Shown one piece after another: positions 25,470 to 38,686 of a stretch of 64,000 nucleotides of DNA (position 1 is the stretch's first letter; each line of letters starts with the position of its first letter). Source of the stretch: Octopus sinensis (lineage: Eukaryota); NCBI RefSeq assembly GCF_006345805.1, contig NC_043016.1, positions 29,202,001 to 29,266,000 on the forward strand, read 5' to 3'. The notes under the pieces were generated by a model. The model was not told the DNA's origin, ran no database searches, and saw nothing but the letters and a program-made list of their open reading frames with translations. Made by a program: the position numbers and the translations under genes.

Positions 25470-25765
25470 TGAATGTGGCCGATGCCAGTACCTGCTGACT
25501 GGCCCCCCATGCCAGTGGCACATAAAAAGCACTATCCGAATGTGATCAATGCCAGGCCCATCTGACTGGTGCCTACGCCATTGGTATGCAAAAAGCACCC
25601 ACTACACTCTCAGAGTGGTTGGCGTTAGGAAGGGTATCCAGCTATAGAAATATTGCCAGATCAGATTGGAGCCTGGTGCAGCTGCTGGCTCTCCAGATCT
25701 CAGTCAAACCATCCAACACATGCTAGCATGGAAAATGGGTGTTAAACAAATGATAATAATGATGA
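25470..25765 (+). mobile_element. Retroposon type B, diverged
   Basis: aaaaagcacccactacactc...ggaagggtatccagc...gttaaacaaatgataataatgatg. Confidence 0.8.
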
Positions 25766-25826
25766 TAAGCACACCAACATATTTACTCCTACATACAAAA
25801 CCAGAAAGGAGAAACTGATTCAAAAA

Positions 25827-26064
25827 CTACAGACACAAGCCATCACTGGAACTGTAAAAATCTGTAAAACTTTCCAAAAGTTTATCATTTAAGTATATAT
25901 GAGCATGTCTAGATATGCAGCTATATTCATGAGAATACATACATAAAAGAAAACATAAAAATTTGCACATATACATAAATATATACAAAAATGCTCTGTA
26001 GATGTTGAAATTCCAAGGAAAGAGCCTAGGATCTAGGTTAGAAACTGGCTCCTTGGCAAGAAAT
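25827..26064 (-). CDS. Coding exon, possibly terminal (RFLAKEPVSNLDPRLFPWNFNIY...; 3' boundary uncertain)
   Basis: tcagttttatttcaag acceptor; a phase-2 start completes AG|A (Arg) from the previous exon; the frame stays open to the stop at 25827. No convincing donor after NFNIY, and the distal half is low-complexity. Confidence 0.55.
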
Positions 26065-26443
26065 CTTGAAATAAAACTGAATAATGACATACATACATAC
26101 AAACTGTAAAAATTCACACATACATTAACATGTTATATATGAATAGAATTGTAACTGAAGAATTTGAAAGACTAAGAATATTTTAAAGAAGGGATAAGAA
26201 GTGATGTTTAAATACGGTCAGCAACAACTTTTGACATTTACTCTATTTGCAGTTGATAAAATAAACAGCAGTTAGTTATATAATAGTTTCTCAGTCATCT
26301 ATATTTGCTTTGCTTGTAGAACTGGCCAAGTGCCTTGTAAAGAAATCAATATTATCAGTTTTTGGATACAGTCGATTCCAAAGACTCAGTAAACATAACA
26401 TTTCAGTAAAAAAAAATTTTTTTTAATTTTTAAAAAGAATTAC

Positions 26444-26501
26444 CTTTCTAATGGTTCTAAGACCAATTTCTTCACAGAATCACCCTCTATTTCTTCTTGC
26501 T
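26444..26501 (-). CDS. Coding exon (-QEEIEGDSVKKLVLEPLE-)
   Basis: tttctatttttcag acceptor, AAAG|gtaatt donor, 58 nt, phase 1 to phase 2. Matches both neighbouring exons. Confidence 0.7.
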
Positions 26502-28140
26502 CTGAAAAATAGAAATATAGAGCTTTTAAGTTTATAAACAAATTGGTTTATATAAAATTGCAGCAATTTTAAGCTTAAAAAGTAATATGAGCAGTAAAAA
26601 TTCAAGTTTCATAAACTATTTTAGAAAAACAGAAAAAATTTTTAAAAGGCACAAGCATGATTAAGAAACTTGATTTACAACCATTTTGTTTCAGGTTCAG
26701 TTCTACTGTGTGGCACTTTAGCAAGTGTTGTCAGTTATAGCCCCAGACCAAGCAAAGCCTTGTGAGTAGATTTTTCAGACAGAAACTGAAAGAAGCCCCT
26801 CATGTGTGTGAGAGTGAGTGTGTGTGTGTGTGAACTGGGGTCTCCAGGTTTTGACATCACCTAATAGTTGTAAATGAATGTCTCAGTCATACAAACAATG
26901 TCCATTTCCAATCTTTTATTTCCTGTCAAGGGGAAACGTTACCATACTTGGAACCAGGTGAGGGTTGGTGACAGGAAGAGCATCGTAGTAGTAAAATCTA
27001 CCTCAACAAATTTCGTCCAATCCATATAAGCATGGAAAAGTGGACATTAAAGTAATGATTATGCTGATGATGATACAAAAGTCTAGATCAGTATTAATTG
27101 AAATCTTCTGGATTGTTCTTTACACCAGATTCAGAAGCACTATGGTAAAATACATTCCAGTTATGACTATTCAATTTCTTTTTCCTTTTTCAGGTGCAGT
27201 ATATCTAGGAATACATTACCCAATATTTTATTTTTATTTTTAAGAGGGTAAGAATGCAATTTGAAGAAATGCAGCTGCTTTCATTATAATCCATGCAAGT
27301 TGTTGCCAGATTGAACACTCTTGATGCTGTTTAACCCAAGGATGGGACAAGATGAAGAATTATGTTCAAGGATATTCCAACCATGATGATTCCATCTTTT
27401 TCAAAAATACTATGTATGCAAGGACTGCATATTATTTAATACAACCTTCTTTTTCTAAAATATGAGGGAAATTTTGGTGCTATTTTTAACAAAAACTAAT
27501 AGCAGTAAATGATAACATTCTAATAACTATGTGGTAGTCAGGGTGTGACATGAGGGAAGTTTACTTGCTATTTCTGGCAACACTAAATAAAAATCAGCAT
27601 GCTCTAGTCATAGCATCTTGACAAGGAATCCTGGAATTGTATGAAGATAATGGAGGTAGTGAAGGGTCATGTTGGTGGCTTTTGCTTTAATATTGGAGTT
27701 AGTGACTAATAGGTGCTGGTGCCACATAAAAAGCACCCATGCCAATACTGTGTAATAGCACCCAGTACACACTGTAAAGTGGTTGGCATTAGGAAGGGTA
27801 TCAAGCCATAGAAACCATGCCAAAACAGACATGGAGCCTGAACAGCTCTTCTACTGGTCAGCTCCTGTCAAACTGTCCAACACATGCCTGCATGTAAAAC
27901 AGCCATCAAATGATGATGATGATGTTGAATAGCATCAGTGGTTGCAATAGATCAATCATCGAATCATTATGTTTATTGAGGTGACAAGTGATAAGGATGT
28001 ATGGGATTTGGTGCTGAACAATTATCACAAAGGACTTTATTGAAGTGCACTGATTTAATGGTTTTTGTCATTGATGTTTATACTCTGCACCAATATACAA
28101 AGGCAAAAGACACACACACTCATGCTGAAAACAAATTTCT

Positions 28141-28370
28141 TATTTCTTTATTGCCCACAAGGGGCTAAACACAGAGGGGACAAACAAGGACAGACAAACG
28201 GATTAAGTCGATTATATCGATCCCAGTGCGTAACTGGTACTTATTTGACCCCGAAAGGATGAAAGGCAAAGTTAACCTCGGCGGAAATTGAACTCAGAAC
28301 GTAGCGGCAGACGAAATACCACTAAGCATTTCGCCCGGCGTGCTAACGTTTCTGCCAGCTCGCTGCCTTC
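28141..28370 (-). mobile_element. SINE type C, tail variant C1, with TSD
   Basis: Full copy; aaaacaaat at 28128-28136 and 28371-28379. Confidence 0.85.
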
Positions 28371-28766
28371 AAAACAAATATCTGCATAGTTTCTATCAAA
28401 TCCCACCCACAAGATACTGGCCCCTCCAGACTATTGTACAAGACACACAATGGAATCAAACCAAGAATCCCAGGGTTATGAAACAGGCTTGTTAACCACA
28501 CAGCTATGCCTACATCGAACTAATTTCCTTTCATTAATAAAACAAGCTGAAATGAGAATTCCTTGGGGTCACTTAATCAACTAAATTACTATTTTTAAGG
28601 GTAACATATTGTAGGAGCAAGAATTTTTACTGGAGAGAAATAAAGACACTTAGAGATTATTTAAATACTAATGTAGAAAGAAGTGGAGAGAATAAGATGA
28701 GAGGAGAAAAAAGTAAGAGTTAAAGGGAGTGAGAGGGACAGATTGAGAAACACAGTAAGAAAGCGA

Positions 28767-28860
28767 CGGGGGAGAGAGCGTGGGAGGAGAGAGCGAGGGT
28801 GGAGAGAGCGAGGGTGGAGAGAGTGAGGGTGGAGAGAGCGAGGGTGGAGAAAGTAAGGGA
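28767..28860. repeat. 15-bp purine-rich minisatellite (gggtggagagagcga) x ~6
   Basis: Directly visible. Confidence 0.8.
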
Positions 28861-30441
28861 GGAAAGAGTGAGGAAGAGAGGAGGGAGGAAGTGAGAGAGA
28901 AGGAAAGAGAGGGAGAGAGAGAGAATTTAAAGGAGGTAAAATGATTAAGAGAAATTAGTGGTTTAAGGAAAAGAAATCACATCTAAAAAATTCAAGAATT
29001 ATAAAAAAATAAGAAAGGAAAACAAACAAAAAAAAAGTGTTTCATAAGTATTTTTGCAGCTAAAATGAAACATTAGGAAAAATATTAACACCGAAGTTTA
29101 TGAAAATGGCATCAAACAAAAAAAAAAAAAAAAACCCTCAAAACTCAAAAAATATGTCAGAAGATTCTTTGAACATACAATACATGTTCAAACACAAATC
29201 TTCACAGAAGCAGGAAACCTGAAACTTATTTCACCAAAGGCAGTTATATCAGATGACTAGAGTATTAAAAGCTAATTTAGAATATTGAAAGTAAATAAAA
29301 TGAAATTATTAAAATTAGTAAATCAAGGATTGTGTAGAGGGGTGGGGCAGACAGGGAAAGAAAAACTAATCATTTTTGTCTTTTATCTTTTACTCATTGC
29401 AGTCATTAGACTGTGGTCATGCTGGGGCACTGCTTTGAAGAGGTCTTAGTCTTATGAATTGCACCCCCACCATCATATTTTTTTTTTCTTTTCTTTAAAG
29501 ATTGGTACATATTCTATTGATGTCTTTTGCTGAACTGCAAGGTTACAGGGAAGTAAACACATTGGCACCAGTTGTCAAGTGGTGGTGGTGGCGGGAGAAC
29601 AAACAGAGACACACATATATAGCTTACTTACCAACCACATGGTTCCGGGTTCAGTCCCACTGCATGGCACCTTGGGCAAGTGTCTTCTACTATAGCCTCT
29701 TATAATGCAGAGAGAGAGAGAGAGAGAGAGAAAGGTGGTATTCATTCATTCATTCATTGACCAATTACTCACTTTTTACCTTTTCTCTTGGGATGCTTTA
29801 TCTTGCATCCATACTCTGTTCTGCTCTCTCTCTCCCACCATTTCCATGGTTTTCTTCTCACACCATGCTTCCTCACAGCTTCCCACCATCTCCATCCCCC
29901 TCTTCCTCTCTGTTCTTCTCTCCCTTAATGTACTGCCCTGCCAACACCCTTTCCCAACTCACCTTTTCTACCCCCCCCCACCATCTTTAACCATTCTTTC
30001 CTCACAGCTTTGCTATCTCAACATTCATCTCTCCCCCCACTCTACTACCACCATATCCTTTAGTCCTTATATTTGTAATGTCCTTTTCCCTACAGCTTCT
30101 CTGGACTCTCCTTGTTCTCATCTCGTTCCCTCATTCTCTACCCTATGGCCCACCCACTTCACCCTATGGCCATATTTACCTCCCTTAACATGGGATAGCA
30201 CTTGATCACCTCCTACATACTCCCTTCAATCACCCTCATCTCTCCTCCCCACAACCACTACCCTCACAACAATAAATCTGTTCCCCTCATTAACCCTTTC
30301 ATCACATCACTTAAAATCCTCCTCCTCCTCTCTCATTTCTTTTATCAAATGTGGCAGTTCTTTAGTCTTGCCCCTTACAAAGTGACCTTTCTAGTACCAG
30401 TGTCATGGATACAAAAAAAGCACCCAGTACACACTCTAAAG

Positions 30442-31091
30442 TAGTTATTCTCAACTGAGAAGTGAGGTTGTCCATATAAGATTTTTGCAGAGTCAACATG
30501 CACAAAATTGTAAATTGGGTCCTCAATATTATTTTAAGGGTCCATGGAAAAAATTTTCTATAGACCTGTTCAGCTGTTTCTACAAGAAAAAGCTAAGTTT
30601 CTTCCTCAAACGTTTATGAATTTGTTTTGCAAGATTCTTGATGTGAAATTGTGTGTTGAAGCAAGATATTGCTATATTTTGGGATGGTCTTTTTTTTTTT
30701 CTTGCCAAATAAACACATGCATATATATTTATTCTTCACTTGTTTATTGTTCTTATTTTATTTTATGTCCAATGTGTGGAGATAACACAATGGGCTAAAC
30801 AAAACATGTGGATGAAAGAGTTGCTGAAGAGATCACAGATTTGTTACAAAAGAATTTCGGACAATGGACACAAAATTAAATAAGAACAATAATAAATTAC
30901 CATCCCAAAATATAACTATCTCTAACATTTTACATAAACCAGCCTACACAAGTTAAAGTGAGGAAAACAAAATAGTTTTGAAAGAAGTATCTATAAAATT
31001 AGTTTTTAAGCATTGAATAGCTAGGTGTGTACGTGAGAGGGTCCACCAGAATAAAATGATTCTACAAGTAAAAAATGGTTGAGAATCACTG
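30442..31091. mobile_element. Non-autonomous hAT (Charlie/MER5-like) element
   Basis: TIRs tagttattctcaact / ggttgagaatcactg; exact 8-bp TSD ctctaaag at 30434-30441 and 31092-31099. Confidence 0.85.
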
Positions 31092-31758
31092 CTCTAAAGG
31101 GATATAAGCATTTGGAATGGCATCCAGCCCATAGGAAGTCCTGCCAAAACTGAGGCAAATACACAAATACACACATTCTCTTCATGTGCTCTTATATTAT
31201 ATTGTAGCCCACCTCAGACTGCACAGAATCCCATGCGAATATGTAGCAGCGGGAGTTTGGTACAGTTAACAATAAGAGTCAAAATCTGAGTGAAATAACT
31301 GTCGTGCACTGAGTACATCCAATTGTATGTATGTAAACATACTGCTGAATATATCTATTTGAAAGCAGAAATAATCTGTTCAACATTATTATTGATCAAA
31401 AATTATTGACCTCTAGCATAGGTGCAGATATGGTTGCATGACTGAGAAATTTGTTACCACATAAATTCAGATTCAATTCCATTGCACAGTATAATGAACA
31501 AGTATCTTCTACCACAGTCTCAGTATTTGGTCAATATCTCTGGGTAATATTAGTAAATGAAGACTGTGGGAATTGTACAAAAGTTAGTCTCTCCCTCTCT
31601 TACTCACACACACACACAATGTGTGGGTACATGTGTATGAACAGCAAAATATGAGGCACAGTTAGCTATTTGAATTTCTGAAAGCCATGACAAAAAGTGA
31701 CCCAATGGTCAATTGTAAATTAACACAGCATAATTTACCCAATATCATCATAAATGTA

Positions 31759-32302
31759 TTAGGTCATCCGGAAAGTTCATGCTGATTTATAGTAGCTTAC
31801 CTTTCGACTTATTTTAGAAAATGGTTGAGTCCATAAAATAGGATTTGACTACACCTCCATTTAGAGCACAATTTAAGCTATCTTTTCGTGGAAGAAGGTT
31901 TATGTTCCTATAACCTGTGTTAATTCTGTAACCCTCTAAAATGGAAGATAAGAAAGTTCATTTTCGGAACTTGATGCTTTGGGAACCAGACAAATATTGT
32001 CGCAGCTGAGCTGGGATGTGTTACCTCACCCTCCATATTCACCAGATATAGCTCTTTCGGATTTCCACATATTCAGGTCTCTGCAGAATAGTCTTAATGG
32101 TAAAAATTTCAATTCCTTGATGAATTCTTTGCCATGAAACCCCCTCAATTCAGGGAAGAAGGTATTTTCAAGTTAAAGGAAAGATGGAGATGCATTGTGC
32201 AACAAATTGGTTCATATTTGGTTGATTAAAAATGTGATGGCAAGTATTTATTGACCTTTTTCTTTCCTTTAAAAATCGGCATGAACTTTCCGGACAACCC
32301 AA
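31759..32302 (+). mobile_element. Internally deleted mariner (DD34D) element
   Basis: TA-flanked ~30-bp TIRs ttaggtcatccggaaagttcatgctgattt / aaatcggcatgaactttccggacaacccaa; MEDKKVHFRNLMLWE joined to WDVLPHPPYSPDIALSDFHIFRSL...ERWRCIVQQIGSYLVD*. Confidence 0.95.
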
Positions 32303-32818
32303 TACCTTCTTTTTACATCACTCCTTTTCCGTTTTCTTTGTTTGCAACTAAATGACTGTGTGCCTATTACTGATAAACTCATGTTACACTCTTACTCCCA
32401 GCCACCACCCCTATCACATTAACTATCCTTCTAAGTAACTCATACCTTATGATACCGCTCATATACTAACTACTATTCTATTGTCTCTCCTCCTTAATTA
32501 CTCAATATTGGCAGGGTACTGATAACGAATGTATAATTATTCCTTTGAAATTCTGCTAAAATATCATCACACAACCGAGCAGATATCAATCTATAGCACA
32601 ATTGCAATGAGAAGCTTCTAACGAAAAAATGATAATTTAATCCTTCAATTTATTTTGAATACTATGTAATCAACACTAAGCTCTCTATATCAGAATATAA
32701 TTTAAAATTTTACAAAAGCGTTGCATCCATTTACTTAAAGCATAGCATGATGTTCAAAACCACAAGTTGCACACTATTCAAGTGGCTTAGCCTTGCAATT
32801 TGACAAAGTCATCCACAT

Positions 32819-32988
32819 GGTGTAGGAGTGGCTGTGTGGTAAGAGGCTTGCTTACTAACCACATGGTTCCAGGTTCAGTCCCACTGCATGGCACCTTGGG
32901 CAAGTATCTTCCACTATAGCCTCGGGCCAACCAAGCCTTGTGAGTGGATTTGGCAGACAGAAACTGAAAGAAGCCCGTTGCATATATG

Positions 32989-33043
<55 letters not shown>

Positions 33044-33248
33044 TGTGTCTGTTTGTTCCCCCAACTTCACTTGACAACCGATGCTGGTGTGTTTACGTCC
33101 CCGTAACATAGCGGTTCAGCAAAAAAGACCGATAGAATAAGTACTAGGCTTACATAGAATAAGTCCTGGAATCAATTTACTCAGCTAAAGGCGGTGCTCC
33201 AGCATGGCCACAGTCACATGACTGAAACAAGTAAAAGACTAAAAGAGT
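32819..33248 (+). mobile_element. SINE type A, full length
   Basis: Complete head, (TG)n spacer and tail. Confidence 0.9.
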
Positions 33249-33284
33249 ATATTAAATTGTAGCCAAATAGCTAATTGATTAACA

Positions 33285-33770
33285 AGTGATTCAGCCTCTC
33301 CATCCTGATGGCTGCGAAAAGTGCCAGAAGTGGCAGTTTAGGCTAAGGGTAGCATAGAAGAGCCGGAGGCATTTATCACAGGGGAAGATTGGCAGGGGAC
33401 AAGTAAATGCAAGTTGTTCTTTGCGTTTTTGACGTCTGATCTCTGTCCCTTGGTGTCTGTTGTTTTCCATCTGGTCCTTTCCCTTTCATGATGACATGCT
33501 GCCACTTTGGATGGTCCTTAGTGATTGTCTTCCATGCACTTGGGTCAATGCAGCAGCAGAGGAGAATGGCCTTGAGCTGGTCTTGGAAACAGACAAAGTA
33601 GATACCAGTCAAATACTGGAATTGATATGATTTATTCCCTTCCACTAAATTTATGCTCTTTCAAATCAAAAATCATGTGGACACAATTATTCCCTAGATA
33701 TTAAATATATTCCATACACTCCTTCAGATATATTTCATACCTTTCCCAGATATCAGATATATTTCATTCA
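33285..33770 (-). mobile_element. RTE-clade LINE 3' relic
   Basis: FQDQLKAILLCCCIDPSAWKTITKDHPKWQHVI / IRRQKRKEQLAFTCPLPIFPCDKCLRLFYATLSLNCH, an RTE-type C-terminus with a CxxC...H finger. Confidence 0.7.
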
Positions 33771-33777
33771 TCTAGAC

Positions 33778-34597
33778 CAAGGGTGGGGAAAACCCCACTC
33801 ACAAGTGCATGCACTTGCGAGCACATTTTATTGCCCCCACAGGCCGGTATACTCGTATGCCTATTTGGGACTTAGGTCACGTTTTTACTATGACTTAAAA
33901 CAGAAATTACGGAGATGTACTTGTATAGCAAGTGACCTGATCTGAGATCAGGTACTGAAACAAAAACAAATGCAGCATGGAAGGTGTTTATAAACCATTT
34001 AAAAACACACAAAAACCGTTATATTCACTAAAATATTTTCGTCGCTTTGAGACCGTGACCTGATTACTGACAAAATTCCATGCTGCATCACGTAATGCAG
34101 CATGGAATTTTGTTAGTGATCAAGGTCACGATCTCAAAGCGATGAAAATATTTTAGCAAATTAAATTTAAATGTTGAAGTGAACGTAACGGTTTTTGCAT
34201 GTTGTTAAATGGCTTCTAAAACGTCTTCCATGCTGCAATTGTTTTTGTTAAAACAGAAAATTGTCCAGTAATTGCTACTTGAATGGAAATTTTGTTATCA
34301 CTATAAAACACATATTGCTAGGTTTGTACCACCCCCTTGAGTCCCAACTATAGTCTAGCTGAGAAACATAGAATGCCTCATAAGTAATATAAACATCCTA
34401 AATTCAGTGGCGGAGTTAATGAAGATGTTATGTATTAATTTAATGTATTAAACTCATCTTAATTAAAGTATACCAAACTATACATAGATATATATACAAG
34501 ATTTACATAGATAGAAGAGTTAGAACTTGTGATCTGCCCGTGGACCTTTTTCTTTGTAAACTTTTGCCCACTGCACTAAAAAGTTTCCCCACCCCTG
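33778..34597. mobile_element. Non-autonomous hAT (Charlie-like) element with a large internal palindrome
   Basis: TIRs caagggtggggaaa / tttccccacccctg; exact TSD atctagac at 33770-33777 and 34598-34605; palindrome at 33959-34249. Confidence 0.9.
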
Positions 34598-34624
34598 ATC
34601 TAGACATACTATCTTTGGTGTTTC

Positions 34625-34845
34625 TATTCCAGCTTTCATTCAGTTGTAATATTCACTTTTGAGATGATTGCCACGTTTTGCTGATCACCAGCTGTTTTGA
34701 TTTCCATACACTCTTTTCCATTCCTCTGTCATTTATTGTAGTTACAAGATTCACTAAGTAATCTCTGTTGAAAATTAATAAAGCAATATCATCTGCGTGC
34801 CTGAGATTACTCTTTACTGTCATCAAATCCAGTTCATTTAGATCT
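34625..34845 (-). mobile_element. LINE reverse-transcriptase relic (RTE-like)
   Basis: In-frame ...SNLRHADDIALLIFNRDYLVNLVTTINDRG...LVISK matches the NLRYADD motif region. Confidence 0.7.
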
Positions 34846-36168
34846 TGGGATTAATGCTTTTTGATTTTTGTTTACTCACCGACCCACAATGTTTGGATTA
34901 TAAATTAAAAAATTAAAACGCTAACAACAAAATCCACAGCTCCCATCAACAAAGTAATACTGTTTTCCTAATTAAAATGTTTCTTAATTAAAAATTAGAA
35001 ATATTGCACAGCAATAAGCTATTTCTGTTCATATGTTGTTGATCCCTTCACATATAATCAGCAAAACGAAACAATGAACTAATGAAAAATGGACTTCTGT
35101 GTGAACTTTTGATTTGTTAGAAATAGCAGTGAAAATGTCCTTCGGATACACCTTTGTTTTATGCATATACAAGCCAGTGAGACTTGTACATAACTTGATC
35201 TGATAGAAGAAGCAGTAAAATCTCTTAACTCATGTCTTACAGTCTTATGTGTATATGAACCAAGAAGGGAAATCTCTATATGGTAGCTCAATCTGTTAGA
35301 AATAGCAGAAAGATTTGCTTTAAACCACACCCTATTGTCTTGTGTGTGTGTGTGTGTGAGTCGATCAAGAGACATCTACATGGTAGCTAAACCTGCTAGA
35401 ATTAGAAGCCAAATCTCCCTCAAAACACACCCTACATTCATATGCATGTGTATACGAGTGGGGCTGCAGTAGAGATGTGGGGTTAAAAGTATGAAACAAG
35501 GGCCCCAGAAGAAAACAGGTTTCTTGCTCTATGGTTACATTAAACAAGAGAGGGTGGGGAGTGGCCAGAACAATGCTGGAAAGTAGGGTAAATAGTAATG
35601 ATGAGGTGTCAGGGTGGATAGAGAGGTGAGTAAGAAGTGAATGATGATAGAAGAACAGAAAGTGTGGGTGGGAAGAGGGTGTAAAAATATAATAGAGTGT
35701 GGGATGGTTAGAGATAGGAGAGTGGGTGAGAGGACAAAACCAATCTGATACTAAGCCACTTGAGACCATCCCTGATTATATGATGCAGACTTCCCATTTT
35801 AAAGAGATTAAAATTAAAAATAGTCAAGACTATTGAAAATGTTGCAAGGCGCAATGAAAATTTTAGGAAAATAAAAATAAGAAATAAGTGGAAATTTTTA
35901 CTGGTGAGTGTGTTACATTATAAGGCACAAAAAGAAAATGACTCTCCCCAGACACAACAGAATATGCTTCAACACAAGGACTCATAAAGAATCTTGCAAA
36001 CCAAATCCCAAAACGAAATATTAAAATTAAAAAACATTTCTTAAAACCCAAGAGGTAATATTTATTCCCACTTAAATGTGGATATTCTGTTCACATTCAA
36101 CAGAACATTCTAATCGTAGATCCACATTTAATATTACTTTTCAGTATAAATACTACCTCTGTCACATA

Positions 36169-36408
36169 CAGGGTGGCCATTAGAAAACTGAAGGGTTTGT
36201 AACAGTCATAACCTTTACTCTTTTATTTGTTTCAGTCATTTGACTGTGGCCATGCTGGAGCACCACCTTTAGTCGAGCAAATCGACCCCAGGACTTATTC
36301 TTTGTAAGCCTAGTACTTATTCTATCAGTCTCTTTTTGCTGAACAACTAAGTTCCAGCACCAGCATCAGTTGTCAAGCGATGTTGGGGGAACAAACACAG
36401 ACACACAA

Positions 36409-36458
<50 letters not shown>

Positions 36459-37105
36459 GACGGGCTTCTTTCAGTTTCCGTCTACCAAATCTACTCACAA
36501 GGCTTTGGTCGGCCTGAAGCTATAGCAGAAGACACTTGCCCAAGGTGCCACGCAGTGGGACTGAACCTGGAACCATGTGGTTCGTAAGCAAGCTACTCAC
36601 CACACAGTTCATTTTCAATCTTTTTTTTTTTTTTGCCTGTTACAGAGCATCCCTTGGAAATTAAAATGGCTATGAATAATGTCCTGCAACAAGTAAAACT
36701 CATTGAATTTTTCTTTTCCGGTGAAAGATCAATTATTCAAACTCAGAGAAAATACTGGCAACATTTTACTGTCAGAGTATCCTCCTAGTGATAACCTGAT
36801 TTGGAACCTAATCGCTCTGTTTGAAAGAACTGCATCAGTCGGCAATCTTCCGGGAAGAGTTCCTAAGCAAACTGTGTGCACTGAAGCAGTGGTGGAAAGC
36901 TATGCAGGAGAGTGTCCTTGAGAATCCATCTGCCTCTTTCTGTCATCACTCTGCTCAAATAGGCATCGAGGCATTGCTTCAGAAGATTCTGAAACTGGAT
37001 TTAAAAATGTTTCCATCCAAATAGAATGATAAAAACATTGAAAAACCATGTGTTTGTAAAAGTTGCTTTTGCTTTATATCATTCAGTGTTTCAGTGGTCA
37101 CCCTG
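36169..37105 (+). mobile_element. Internally deleted Tc1/mariner element carrying a nested SINE A (36215-36607, minus)
   Basis: Imperfect TIRs cagggtggccattagaaaactgaa / ttcagtgtttcagtggtcaccctg; N-terminal transposase pieces LIEFFFSGERSIIQTQRKY, NLIALFERTASVGNLPGR and LQKILKLDLKMFPSK. Confidence 0.8.
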
Positions 37106-37231
37106 CATTTCTTAGAAATTTCATGTTAATTTATGTTACAAACACCAGTTTAATTTTAAAATGATAAAGAATTTAGTAAAACAATTTTGTCAATATTATT
37201 TGAAATAAAAGCAATATTTTACCACTGAAAC

Positions 37232-37530
37232 ATCATCATCATCGTTTAACGTCCGTTCTCCATGCTAGCATGGGTTGGACGGTTCGACCGGGGATCTGGG
37301 AAGCCAGAAGGCTGCACCAGGCTCCAGTCTTATCTGGCAATGTTTCTACAGCTGGATGCCCTTCCTAACGCCAACCACTCCGTGAGTGTAGTGGGTGCTT
37401 TTTACGTGCCACCTGCACAGGTGCCAGGCGAGGCTGGCAACGGGCCACGGTCGGATTGGTGTATTTTAAGTGCCACCGGCACGGAAGCCAGTCGAGGCGG
37501 CGCTGGCATTGGCCACGAGTCGGATAGTGC
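37232..37530 (-). mobile_element. Retroposon type B, young copy
   Basis: About 98% identical to 4141-4320 over ~178 nt. Confidence 0.85.
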
Positions 37531-38169
37531 TTAAAAGTTATTATTACATAGGTGCAGGAGTGGCTGTGTGGTAGGATGCTTGCTTGCCAACCACATGGTT
37601 CTGGATTCAGGCCCACTGCGTGGCACCTTCTACTATAGCTTCGGGCCAACCAAAGTCTTGTGAGTGGATTTGGTAGACAGAAACTGAAAGAAGCCCGTTG
37701 TGCGTGTATGTATATATATATATATTTGTGTGTGTGTGTGTGTGTGTGTGTTTGTCCTCCACCACCATTGCTTGACTAAACGCAGTGCTCCGGCATGGCC
37801 ACAGTCGAATGACTGAAACAAGTAAAATAATATCTTTTTTTTTTTTTGTTAACTTGTTTCAGTCGCTGGACTGTGACCATATTAGGAAACTGCCCTGAAA
37901 GGTTTAGCTGAACAAATCAAACCCAGTACTTATTTTTTTTTTACTAAGCCTGGTACTTACTCTATAGATCTCTCTTATTGAACTAAATTACGGGGACATA
38001 AACAAACTAACACCAGTTGTCAAACAGATTCCAAGAGCTGTTGTGGAGGTGAGAAAAGTTGTGTTAGATTTGTCTTGTATAACTTTAGGTTCCATAAATC
38101 AAGTACCAATAATACTGTTGGTCTGTTGAATCAGTTATAAATTTAATAATAATTAAATTTTTTTTTTTT

Positions 38170-38370
38170 TCTTCTAGTTTCAGCTCAGAGCTGCGGCCAT
38201 GCTGATGCACTGCCGTTTGTACAGCAGGGATCGCCACCCCCTGCTGGAGCCTCATGGAGCTTTTTTTAAGTGTTTTCGCTCATTAAACACTCACAATGCC
38301 CGGTCTGGGAATTGAAACCGTGATCCTACAACCGCGAGTCCACTGCCCTAACCACTGGGCCATTGCGCTC
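38170..38370 (-). mobile_element. SINE head D fused to an A-type 3' terminal motif
   Basis: Head gcgcaatggcccagtggttagggcag; ends gcatggccgcagctctgagctgaaactagaagaaa. Confidence 0.75.
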
Positions 38371-38608
38371 CACATTTTTATAAATTTGCATGAACTTTAA
38401 AAATAAAATTTTTTGTTTTGTTACTAAAGAAATTTGATTTAACATCATGACATAGGAAATCTCTAAATAAAAAAAAAACAGTTTTGGAATTATATCAATG
38501 TTAATTAGTAAAATAACATAGTACAGGTTCTACACATTGTTTTAAAAAAAATATTTTTGGTAAAAAAAATTTACCATGGAAGTGAAATAAATATGAAAAA
38601 CATCTCAC

Positions 38609-38686
38609 CTTCAGTATTTATCAGAGCTTTCATGTCTTCGGTGTTCAATGGAGAAGCCATAATACAAGATTCAGTATCGGCATATC
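38609..38686 (-). CDS. Coding exon (-YADTESCIMASPLNTEDMKALINTE-)
   Basis: atattttccag acceptor, GAAG|gtgaga donor, 78 nt, only the phase-1 frame is open, unique non-repetitive sequence. Confidence 0.7.

Noticed and set aside
34860-34925. Strong orphan donor GTCG|gtgagt on the minus strand
   Set aside because: The implied 41-nt exon is phase 0 to phase 2, does not fit the exon chain, and abuts a LINE relic.
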